Shown here: positions 1 to 8,246 of the stretch, in pieces | How the letters are laid out: each line of letters opens with the position of its first letter | How positions within the stretch are numbered: position 1 is the first letter of the stretch | From: Candidatus Thalassarchaeaceae archaeon | GTDB lineage: Archaea; Thermoplasmatota; Poseidoniia; Poseidoniales; Thalassarchaeaceae | Direction of reading: 5' to 3' | DNA: 51,242 nucleotides | Assembly (NCBI GenBank): GCA_030747675.1 | Contig: JASLKH010000008.1 | Location: forward strand, 1-51,242 | Position numbers and translations under genes: made by a program | Notes under the pieces: generated by a model | What the model saw: the letters and a program-made list of their open reading frames with translations, nothing else | Told to the model about the DNA's origin: nothing | Databases searched by the model: none

Positions 1-123
1 CGGGTGAGCCACGTCTTGTGCAGGCATAGGCGGTTGAGCCACGGATTTTGCAGGCTTAGGCGGTTGAGCCACGTGTTGTGCAGGCATAGGCGGTTGAGCC
101 ACGTGTTGTGCAGGCATAGGCGG
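1..123. repeat. 30-bp tandem repeat, 4 visible copies, coding (10-aa unit PMPAQHVAQP)
   Basis: cggttgagccacgtgttgtgcaggcatagg is identical at 61-90 and 91-120, with variants at 1-30 and 31-60. Copies are contiguous and in frame with the minus-strand ORF. Confidence 0.95.
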
Positions 124-675
124 CTGAACAATCTGAGGTTGCCTCATCATCATTTGTTGTTGTTTGATTTGTTGACGTAAATATGCTCGAGTTAAGCCAC
201 TTTGTTGAGGAAACCGAGGTAACTGAGTAGTTTTCCCAATTCCTCCGATATAAGCACCAGCTAATCCAGCTAAAGCAACAGCAATTGACATGCCCAAAAA
301 TAATTCTTTGAAATATCCCTCTAACAAATCAATCAAGGATGCACCATCAATAGCAGCAATTATCATTAGACAAAAGCATGAAAGAAATACTCCAAGGGCA
401 TTCCCTCCTGATCCAGAAATTAAATTATATTTCAAAGATTCAAATTTGGGGCCGAGAATCATTGAGATAAAGAAAGAGAAGAAAACACTACCAATGAAAT
501 AGAATGCTAATATGATCCCAACCATCAGACCCCCTACCAAATCACCTTCTCCACTAATTTCTCCCCAAAGAAACATACCCATACCAGTTGATGAAGAAAG
601 CATGACATGAGTTAGACAAGTTGTCCAAAAGTAATCCATATCGTTTTTGTCTTGCATATTTGTTTCAAAAAGCAT
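1..675 (-). CDS. Multi-pass membrane protein with Pro/Gln-rich repetitive C-terminal tail (3'-truncated by window edge; absent from ORF track)
   Basis: Manual translation: ATG at 675 (alternative 657), no stop down to base 1. MLFETNMQDKNDMDYFWTTCL..., about 4 hydrophobic segments (LVGGLMVGIILAFYFIGSVFFSFFISMIL; LGVFLSCFCLMIIAAI; LFLGMSIAVALAGLAGAYIGG), then QQIKQQQMMMRQPQIVQP and PMPAQHVAQP repeats. Confidence 0.85.
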   Translation of the reverse strand, partial: MLFETNMQDKNDMDYFWTTCLTHVMLSSSTGMGMFLWGEISGEGDLVGGLMVGIILAFYFIGSVFFSFFISMILGPKFESLKYNLISGSGGNALGVFLSCFCLMIIAAIDGASLIDLLEGYFKELFLGMSIAVALAGLAGAYIGGIGKTTQLPRFPQQSGLTRAYLRQQIKQQQMMMRQPQIVQPPMPAQHVAQPPMPAQHVAQPPKPAKSVAQPPMPAQDVAHP

Positions 676-745
676 CTGATTAATGAACTCTCTTCAGCAC
701 GGAAGACCTTTGAATGTAGACACTATGGGGTATATTGGTGGCAAC

Positions 746-1054
746 ATGAGTGAAGAAACGGGATGGGAGCCTGCGCAACACCTTGTTAACGTCAGCGAAG
801 TAGAATCAAAGGTGGCGACCATTATCGAAGAGGATTCATTGGATGTTATCAATTCCATGTCTTCTACAGATGGGTTAACTACAAGGCAGGCAAAAATGGC
901 ACGCAATCTTCGAGGAGAATTACGAGTAGATACTACCTCTGAGGAGCAAAAAAAGATTATTGCAACTTATGACTATGCAATTTGGGCTGTCGTCGGTACA
1001 CTCACAATTTTGACATTTGTTGGATTGTGGAATTTCCTTGGTATTTTCCAATAA
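746..1054 (+). CDS. Small hypothetical protein with C-terminal transmembrane helix
   Basis: ORF 683..1054; likely start ATG 746 (MSEETGWEP). Ends AIWAVVGTLTILTFVGLWNFLGIFQ. Confidence 0.7.
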   Translation: MSEETGWEPAQHLVNVSEVESKVATIIEEDSLDVINSMSSTDGLTTRQAKMARNLRGELRVDTTSEEQKKIIATYDYAIWAVVGTLTILTFVGLWNFLGIFQ

Positions 1055-1068
1055 CCCGTGACTTTGAG

Positions 1069-4000
1069 TTAGTTCCATTGTGGAGCAGGGCGAGGAGGTT
1101 GTCGCTTTTTTCCAGTTACGAAAATAGCGATTATTAGTAGAAGAATAATTCCTACTAAAGCCCCCAAAAGAAGTATTTTGGGATTTCCGAGTATGGATTC
1201 CTCATCATTACTTCCCGTTTCTTCACCTATGTCGGGATCTGTTAGTTCTGGAACCGGTGGGGGTGGTGGATGCCATACAATGTATGATACTTGCCAAGTT
1301 CGACTTGTTTCTCCACGTTCATCGGCAATTGTAACTGTGTAATTCCATGGCCCTACTGTGGCATTCATTGCGCAAATTTCAGCCCCAAATCCTTCTGATA
1401 CACCCTCGCACTGGTATGCCTCCTCCTGGTAATGAAGTGAATCACCCTCTATGATTGTCCCATTTCGATACCATGTGATGTTCAAATCAAGTCGATCCAA
1501 ACTATCTTGATCCAAATTGATGGCGATAGATAGATTCAATGAATCCTCTGTAGCATTTAGAGTCATTACACTACCAAATGGTAAACTATCTACAAAAGCC
1601 CCTCTGTACAATACTTCATCAATTTCTCCATTACAGTTTTGATCGATTCCATCCCATCTTTCACTAGCATCGGGTCGAATTTCAGAATTATTGTCATCAC
1701 ATTCTTCGAACCATCTGAAACCATCCAAATCTCCATCCAAATCTGGATTTAATGGGTCGGTGTGAGTTACAAAAACCTCTTCATAGTCATTAAGTCCATC
1801 ATTATCTGTATCAGTATCCCAAGGGTCGGTGCCAAGTTGGTTAAATTCAACTAAATCCTTTAGCCCATCACCATCTTGGTCTGTATAGATGAAATCTTCA
1901 TCAATTCCATCATTACAATCGTTGTCAATATTATCCAAGGCTTCTTGCATACCAGGATGAATCAAAGGGTTAGTGTCATTACAATCGTTGAACCAATACC
2001 AAGTATCAGCATCGGTATCGTTATCCCAGAATAGTGGATTTGAATTATGTATTAGAATTTCATCACCGTCCCACAATCCATCCCCTTCTGTGTCAGGATT
2101 TGTCCAATTCGTCCCATAGATGTAGAATTCAGGCCAATCAGCCAAACCATCTCCATCAAAATCAGTATGATTGAACCCATCATCAATATTCAAATCACAA
2201 TTATCATCAATTCCATTGAGGATTTCAGTAGCCCCAGGATATATGTCGGGATTTGTATCATCACAATCTTGGAACCAATAGAACGAATCTGCGTCTACAT
2301 CGGGATCAGGCCAGAGTGGATTTGTTCCATATGTGTTTACTTCAGCTCCATCAGACAATCCATCATCGTCAGTATCAGTATCCAATGGATCTGTTCCATT
2401 GATGAGGATTTCAATACCATCGTATAACCCGTCACTGTCAGTGTCTACATTCAATGGGTCAGTGCCGTGTATCAATATTTCATCACCATCTAACAACATG
2501 TCATCATCAGTATCATTGTCAAGTGGATCAGTTTGATGTACATCAGTTTCATTTGTATCGGATAAACCATCTAAGTCAGAATCCGGATCAAATTCAGTAC
2601 CATGAATAATTAGTTCCCATTCATCAAAAGTTCCAGTTTGGCCATTATCTACATCTTCGACACTTAAAGTCCAGTCACCTTGGCTATTTTCGTCCCAATT
2701 GTGCACCGTCATAAACGTCCAATCTTGGTAATTATTACCACTATCATCGTGTTCCTGTGCGAGTGTGCTCTGGGTGCCAGATGGACTGGTTAGAATAACT
2801 TCGAGATCTCCACGAAATGTGTGAGTGATATCTACTACAACTTGGACGTGTTCTACTTTAATTTGTTCTGAAATAGTGACGGTATCAGAAGCCGAGGTCC
2901 CTGTCCCGTCAGGGATAGTTAGGCTCGGTGTTTGTAACCCACTTGAGATATTTGTTGCATCAATTACATTGGTCCAATTTTCTGCGAAAGCAACTCCTAA
3001 ACCAGCATCTACAGCTCCGAACCCATATTTGTGAGATACTTCATGTCCAGCGCCATTGGTTGCCCAAGATGAACTTGCTGCGTGATTTTGTCTTGCTGAA
3101 TTGACTAAGATATGTTGAACATCTCTCCATGTCAAATTTGCATTTGCTTCCAATATTAGGGCGATAACGCCACTGGCTAGAGGGGTGGCAGATGAAGTAC
3201 CTCCGAAGGTGTTAGTGTAATCATTACTAGTGTATCCCCAATTTCCTTCTATGTCTGTAGTAGTGATGCCCTCGCCATCACCATCGCTATGCGCAGCGAC
3301 TAGAATATTGGATCCCGGTTCTGCATACCAAGATTGGTCACCATAATGTGTGATTGCTGTAACTGCAATTGTTTCAATAGCATTAGCATATCCATCCTTA
3401 TTTGAATCATCATCATCATCCAATCCATTCCCTGCTGCCCAAGTGATGATATTCCCTAATCCGCCCCGACCATTAGCCACATCTGACTCGAATGCGGCAG
3501 TCATGAGTGGCCCAGGCCCTTCCAAGCGGGTTCCATCATCGTATGGTCCCCACGAATTACTGTAAATATCCATGATTTGATCTTGATGAGAAAGAGCATC
3601 TGCTTCCATCCAATCAGGTGTGCCACAAGCAATTAGCCGTAGTCCTGCAAGGTCAGCATCTGGGGCAGCCCCCGATACGCCGATACCATTGTCACCAGTT
3701 GCTGCGGCTACACCTGCAGCGGAGGTGCCATGCCCGTCGCCTGAATTACCAGGAGTTGGATTACCATCAGATCCACAGAAATCATAGTCGTTAGTAGAGT
3801 CATAATTTGAAGTTAAATCAGGGTGTTCATGATCCAACCCATCATCAACAATTGCGATTTCAATGCCAGTTCCAAGATAACTTTGCCAAGCACCAGTTAG
3901 GTTGGCATCTTCTGCCAAGGTGCCACTTGTTTGACCTGTGTTCAGGAGGTGCCATTGGTCACCAAATTTAGGGTCATTTGGAATCCATTTTGTGGACTGT

Positions 4001-4329
4001 TGTTTTTCTAATTGAGGACATGCAATTTCGATATCTCCGTCCAATAGCATATCTTGAATTTCCCACTGATTGCTTTCAATCAGCCAGGCGTTAGGAAGGA
4101 GTGGTGCATTATTTCCCATTTTTTGTTCAGAAACCACCAACCATGTACCTTCAAAGGAGTCTACATTTGCACATCGTGAAAAGGCACGTTGAACAGCAGG
4201 AGAATATGTAGATAGGTGGTCTGTCACCGTATTATCTTCAATAATATCCTGACTTGAAACTACTGTTGAAAGTGAAGAAAGAAGCAGAATCAGTACAATG
4301 ATACATTGCTTCATGGCCCGAAGGGCCAT
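1069..4329 (-). CDS. Membrane-anchored S8 serine peptidase, kexin/furin-like (S8B), with P-domain, DxDxDG calcium repeats and three DCDD..P..PG.E..(N/D)G.D.NC (MopE-like) motifs
   Basis: Catalytic motifs VDDG, GHGTSAAG, AAGNG, FGGTSSATP; kexin-type DIYSNSWGPYDDG; P-domain VEHVQVVVDITHTFRGDLEVILTSPSGT. Signal peptide from ATG 4329 or 4314 (the track's TTG 4380 looks overextended). C-terminal TM followed by KKR. Confidence 0.92.
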   Translation of the reverse strand: MALRAMKQCIIVLILLLSSLSTVVSSQDIIEDNTVTDHLSTYSPAVQRAFSRCANVDSFEGTWLVVSEQKMGNNAPLLPNAWLIESNQWEIQDMLLDGDIEIACPQLEKQQSTKWIPNDPKFGDQWHLLNTGQTSGTLAEDANLTGAWQSYLGTGIEIAIVDDGLDHEHPDLTSNYDSTNDYDFCGSDGNPTPGNSGDGHGTSAAGVAAATGDNGIGVSGAAPDADLAGLRLIACGTPDWMEADALSHQDQIMDIYSNSWGPYDDGTRLEGPGPLMTAAFESDVANGRGGLGNIITWAAGNGLDDDDDSNKDGYANAIETIAVTAITHYGDQSWYAEPGSNILVAAHSDGDGEGITTTDIEGNWGYTSNDYTNTFGGTSSATPLASGVIALILEANANLTWRDVQHILVNSARQNHAASSSWATNGAGHEVSHKYGFGAVDAGLGVAFAENWTNVIDATNISSGLQTPSLTIPDGTGTSASDTVTISEQIKVEHVQVVVDITHTFRGDLEVILTSPSGTQSTLAQEHDDSGNNYQDWTFMTVHNWDENSQGDWTLSVEDVDNGQTGTFDEWELIIHGTEFDPDSDLDGLSDTNETDVHQTDPLDNDTDDDMLLDGDEILIHGTDPLNVDTDSDGLYDGIEILINGTDPLDTDTDDDGLSDGAEVNTYGTNPLWPDPDVDADSFYWFQDCDDTNPDIYPGATEILNGIDDNCDLNIDDGFNHTDFDGDGLADWPEFYIYGTNWTNPDTEGDGLWDGDEILIHNSNPLFWDNDTDADTWYWFNDCNDTNPLIHPGMQEALDNIDNDCNDGIDEDFIYTDQDGDGLKDLVEFNQLGTDPWDTDTDNDGLNDYEEVFVTHTDPLNPDLDGDLDGFRWFEECDDNNSEIRPDASERWDGIDQNCNGEIDEVLYRGAFVDSLPFGSVMTLNATEDSLNLSIAINLDQDSLDRLDLNITWYRNGTIIEGDSLHYQEEAYQCEGVSEGFGAEICAMNATVGPWNYTVTIADERGETSRTWQVSYIVWHPPPPPVPELTDPDIGEETGSNDEESILGNPKILLLGALVGIILLLIIAIFVTGKKRQPPRPAPQWN

Positions 4330-4330
4330 G
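4312..4330. other. Inverted repeat CATGGCCC-GAA-GGGCCATG covering both candidate start codons of the S8 gene
   Basis: Perfect 8-bp stem, 3-nt loop. Confidence 0.85.
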
Positions 4331-4376
4331 CAGAACCCACTTAGGAGTTTGTCTTCTATGGTTAGTCTCAGATTAC

Positions 4377-5633
4377 TCAAGTAGCAAGAAAATTTGTGAC
4401 AATTAAGGTGACTTCTTCATCCGACATCAACCTTCTCTGACTCTTTGCTACATCAAATAAGTGGGCAACTAATTCATCAGAAACTTCGTAGCCATGTTGC
4501 TCCAACCACCAAACAATGTTTGACCGACCACTCATATGGCCAATTCTGATTATTTGTTGCAATCCATAATCCTGTGCAGGAACTCCCGAATAAACACGAT
4601 CGGCCAACCAGTGATCACCTTTCTTCATCGCTTTGATTACTGCTGACGCATGTACCCCTGTACCAGTTTCAAAAGCATCATCACCGAAAACTGGATAATT
4701 TCGAGGAAGTGCAACTTCTACATATTCGTGTGCCTTACGCATATATTCGTTCAATAATGTCAAATCATTATCAATAACTCCCATTAAACTTAGATTCACT
4801 AGAGTTTGATCTAATGGGGCATTACCAGCCCTTTCCCCCACTCCCAATGCGGTTCCATGGATTACATCTGCGCCTACTTCTGCAGCGGCGAGATTGTTTG
4901 CCACTCCTAATCCTCTATCTTGGTGACCATGCCAGTTGACTTCGATGTCTCTCCGGTTAACTCCGGAGTCAGGAATGACCTCATCTTGAATGAAAGTCAG
5001 TAATTTTTTCACCCCATTAGGAGTTACATGGCCGCATGTATCGCAGACACAAATTCTGTCCGCACCTAACTCTATTGCTCTTGAATAAACTGCTTTGATT
5101 TCTTCGGGCTTTGAGCGAGTAGTATCTTCAGTTACAAACATGACAGGAATGTCATTATCAACAGCGAAGGTAACTGCCTTTTCAGCAGTACTAAGAATTC
5201 TTTCCATTGTCCAATTTTCAGCAAATTGGCGAATCGGACTGGTTCCTAAGAAAGCACTAGCTTGTATTTTCATATCGTATTTCGCTTGTAAATCAACTAG
5301 TGGCTCAATATCGCTTACCACAGTTCTGACTGCGCACCCTGGACGGATTTGATAGTCGTTTTCTGAAATATGCGATAACATGGCATCGATATGATCTATG
5401 TGTTGCGGACCTGCTCCAGGCAACCCAAGGTCCACTTTTTGCATGCCCAAGCGTTCCATGTAAGTTAACAACTCAATTTTTTGCTCAATAGTTGGGTTTC
5501 TTGCACTTGGTGATTGCAATCCATCTCGAAGTGTTTCATCATCGAACCAAATATCATGTGGGTGATTCGAAGGGTTTCTGGTGAACTCGTAGTCCACAAT
5601 ATTCCAGTCATAAATGAGTTCGCTCTCTTTCAT
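4377..5633 (-). CDS. DRE-TIM metallolyase of the LeuA/homocitrate synthase family, lacking the C-terminal regulatory domain
   Basis: FDDETLRDGLQ (DRE), CVCDTCG, WHGHQDRG (HxH metal site), GVGERAGNA, FETGTGVHAS; 418 aa. Substrate not assignable from sequence. Confidence 0.85.
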   Translation of the reverse strand: MKESELIYDWNIVDYEFTRNPSNHPHDIWFDDETLRDGLQSPSARNPTIEQKIELLTYMERLGMQKVDLGLPGAGPQHIDHIDAMLSHISENDYQIRPGCAVRTVVSDIEPLVDLQAKYDMKIQASAFLGTSPIRQFAENWTMERILSTAEKAVTFAVDNDIPVMFVTEDTTRSKPEEIKAVYSRAIELGADRICVCDTCGHVTPNGVKKLLTFIQDEVIPDSGVNRRDIEVNWHGHQDRGLGVANNLAAAEVGADVIHGTALGVGERAGNAPLDQTLVNLSLMGVIDNDLTLLNEYMRKAHEYVEVALPRNYPVFGDDAFETGTGVHASAVIKAMKKGDHWLADRVYSGVPAQDYGLQQIIRIGHMSGRSNIVWWLEQHGYEVSDELVAHLFDVAKSQRRLMSDEEVTLIVTNFLAT

Positions 5634-5656
5634 TTAGTCCACCGTGCATGTCCGCG

Positions 5657-5676
5657 CACCACCCCATGGGGTGGTG
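5657..5676. promoter_or_regulatory. 20-bp perfect palindrome CACCACCCCATGGGGTGGTG upstream of the LeuA-like gene
   Basis: Self-complementary and intergenic, 24-43 nt upstream of the ATG. Function inferred only. Confidence 0.55.
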
Positions 5677-5698
5677 TGGCGTATGAATTCAACGCCCT

Positions 5699-6763
5699 TC
5701 AGGTTTTGATTGTAGAGTTTGTTTCTTTTTTCTTTGATATAATTCGAATCATCACTAGGCATAGTGCCAATACTGTTAGTTCAACTGACAATAATACAAG
5801 AACCATAGAGACAAACATCAATGCAAGATATGACAGGGATATGAAGAATGATCTAGCCGCCGAAGGAATTCGTCCATCAGGGTCTTTTGGTTCATGTATG
5901 TCAATATTAATCACAGATTGGTTGTACCAGATTCCAAGTACAAGGGCAATTAGTGTGTATACATATGCAGGTAATTCCCCTACTTGATTGACATCCAACC
6001 AAGGCATTGCTGAAATTCCGATGAGGAGTAGTGCGTAGACCCGCATTTCGACGAGTGTTCGTTGAGGACCTTTGACCCACGGCATCATTGGTATGTTCAT
6101 TTTCTTGTATTGGTCACTTCGATACAATGCAAGTGCCCAGAAATGTGGAGGGGTCCATAAGAAAATAAGAATGAACATTAACCAAGGTAGTACACTTCCT
6201 AAAGCAAATGGATTGGATATAGACACGGCCCCACCCATTGCAGCAGCCCAGCCAACCAATGGTGGTGTGGCCCCAGCAATACCTCCAATTACGATGTTTT
6301 GTACACTCCGACGCTTGAGCCAAAGAGTGTAAATGAATACATAAAACAAGATACTAAAAGCTGCCCAAAATGCAGCAACCTCATTTGCTAATTGTGCTAA
6401 CCATATGACGCCTGAAAGAGATATTAAAACTCCCCAAATAAATCCAGAGGTCGGTGAAATCACTCCACGAGCAATGGCTCTTTTTGCAGTTCGCTCCATC
6501 CCCGGGTCAATGTCTCGATCGAGTACATTGTTGAAGGTGTGTGCACCACCTGCTGTCAACCAGCCACCAACAAATACTACACCCATTGTTTTCAGTGTAT
6601 CAATAAATTCAAAATTCTTCCTTCCATCATGATTCCATTCAATCAAGTCATGAATTAATATTGCACAAAGGGCCGTAATTTGTAGTAGAGCCAGTACCCC
6701 GGGTTTCATTAGGTTAAACCAATCAGAAAATGTGGCCTTGGTTGTGCCCACACCATCGCCCAT
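5699..6763 (-). CDS. ctaB: Protoheme IX farnesyltransferase (heme O synthase)
   Basis: LMKPGV, NNVLDRDIDPGMERTAKR, GGIAGATPPLVGWAA, LWTPPHFWALAL (UbiA/CyoE family motifs); polytopic membrane protein. Confidence 0.95.
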   Translation of the reverse strand: MGDGVGTTKATFSDWFNLMKPGVLALLQITALCAILIHDLIEWNHDGRKNFEFIDTLKTMGVVFVGGWLTAGGAHTFNNVLDRDIDPGMERTAKRAIARGVISPTSGFIWGVLISLSGVIWLAQLANEVAAFWAAFSILFYVFIYTLWLKRRSVQNIVIGGIAGATPPLVGWAAAMGGAVSISNPFALGSVLPWLMFILIFLWTPPHFWALALYRSDQYKKMNIPMMPWVKGPQRTLVEMRVYALLLIGISAMPWLDVNQVGELPAYVYTLIALVLGIWYNQSVINIDIHEPKDPDGRIPSAARSFFISLSYLALMFVSMVLVLLSVELTVLALCLVMIRIISKKKETNSTIKT

Positions 6764-6827
6764 ATTCTATGGCGAGGCTAACCGTCCTATGAATTCCGCC
6801 CCTGAGGGTGAGTCAAACCTATGGACC

Positions 6828-7079
6828 TCAGAGGTGAGGATCAACATCGATTGGAATTAGATGCCTTTCATATTCTAGTAATGCAATTTTGAGTGGATCT
6901 AGAACGAATCTGAAATTTGCTTCTTGTACTCCGTAAAGGCTGACAAGCTCTTCACGGAATTCTACTCGCAAGTCTCCTTCACTGACATAAAGGGGTGCTC
7001 CCATGCTGATTTGTAGTGCTCTAGCACCAATAATTCGCGCCTTTTCGAAACGGGTATGGGGTCTTACTGGCTCAACCAT
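6828..7079 (-). CDS. rpoK: DNA-directed RNA polymerase subunit Rpo6 (K)
   Basis: TRFEKARIIGARALQISMGAP and DPLKIALLEYERHLIPI. Start ATG 7079 or GTG 7088. Confidence 0.95.
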   Translation of the reverse strand: MVEPVRPHTRFEKARIIGARALQISMGAPLYVSEGDLRVEFREELVSLYGVQEANFRFVLDPLKIALLEYERHLIPIDVDPHL

Positions 7080-7165
7080 CTTAATCACATACAGCAGTGA
7101 ACTGTGTCCCGCCGACCTACCGGGGTGTCATAAGGCCATCGGGAGCCCCGTAGGGCTGAGATAAT

Positions 7166-8224
7166 CTATTCTTCTTCATTCAGGACCAATAATATTTCTT
7201 GTTCAGAAGAATTTTTGGCCAGCAGTGCAGCGAAAGCAATGGATAGAAAAGAAAAACTTCCAAGAATTAAATGGAATAATGAAAGATGTTCAACGAACCC
7301 ATCTTTAGAATCCCACGTCAGCAAATATGCTCCGCCAATGAATACATTTAGCATGTAAAATCCAACTCCTGCATGTAGCAATGGCCGGATTGAAGTACGT
7401 TCATCTTTTGAAATATTGATCAGATTTGTAATTAACCAAATCCCAACACCTAGTACGGCAAATCGATGAGTGATGTGAAGATGAGATGCCATTCCTGCGG
7501 CATCGGGCATAACACCTCCATGGCAAAGTGGCCATGCCGAAAATGTCCCTACGGAGCACGCCTGGTTTGCCCCTTCAATTGCTGCAACCAGAGACCCTAG
7601 TAACATTACAAGTAAAGTCGAGATAGATAAGTCATACAGCCTTGGCTTTTTCCGAATGGCATATGATTTTTCTAATTGCATCCATTTTGGCAGCACTCCA
7701 TCTACTTCCATCCAACGTATCCACGCCCAAAGTAGAGATATTGAAAGAGCCATTGAGCCCAATAAATGAGCTGCAACTGACCAATGAATATTGTCGTATT
7801 TTACAGTAAAATAGCCAAGGATTCCTTGGAATATAACCATACAAAGTGCGATACCGCTGGCCCGATGAACAGCTGGCATTTCTCTACGTTTTCTGAATGT
7901 AATGACCCACTGTAGAATACATAGTGGCCCAAGAATTAGTCCGGTCCATAATCGATGAAACCATTCGATAAAGATTTCAAAAGTGGTGTATGTTTTCCCT
8001 TGTCCTCTTGAATCAATTTCATCTGGGTTATCTAAATACCAACTTTGTTGCTCATCTTCAGAAACATCAAAGCCCCATGTCCCAAAACATCTTGGCCAGT
8101 CAGGGCAGGATTCTCCTGCATCATTAATTCGAATTGTCCCACCAATTATGATTGCTACGAACGTAATCAACAGGAGTGCCATTGGTAGATGACAAAGACG
8201 CTTCCAATCATGTTTTTCTTCCAT
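7166..8224 (-). CDS. ctaA: Heme A synthase (COX15/CtaA, Cys-containing type)
   Basis: GGTIRINDAGESCPDWPRC, EWFHR, HLLG, second-half C..WPLCHG, HITHR, LFHL; about 8 TM. Start ATG 8224. Confidence 0.93.
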   Translation of the reverse strand: MEEKHDWKRLCHLPMALLLITFVAIIIGGTIRINDAGESCPDWPRCFGTWGFDVSEDEQQSWYLDNPDEIDSRGQGKTYTTFEIFIEWFHRLWTGLILGPLCILQWVITFRKRREMPAVHRASGIALCMVIFQGILGYFTVKYDNIHWSVAAHLLGSMALSISLLWAWIRWMEVDGVLPKWMQLEKSYAIRKKPRLYDLSISTLLVMLLGSLVAAIEGANQACSVGTFSAWPLCHGGVMPDAAGMASHLHITHRFAVLGVGIWLITNLINISKDERTSIRPLLHAGVGFYMLNVFIGGAYLLTWDSKDGFVEHLSLFHLILGSFSFLSIAFAALLAKNSSEQEILLVLNEEE

Positions 8225-8246
8225 GTAATTGCCTCTTTTCGCAATT

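Noticed and set aside
1-123. 30-bp repeats as a CRISPR array
   Set aside because: Copies are contiguous with no spacers, translate in frame as a Pro/Gln tail, and no cas genes are present.
290-502. Plus-strand ORF 290..502
   Set aside because: Antisense shadow of the real minus-strand membrane protein 1..675.
6800-6835. CCC-TGA-GGG and ACCT-CAG-AGGT between rpoK and ctaB as members of the palindrome family
   Set aside because: Stems of only 3-4 bp are expected by chance.
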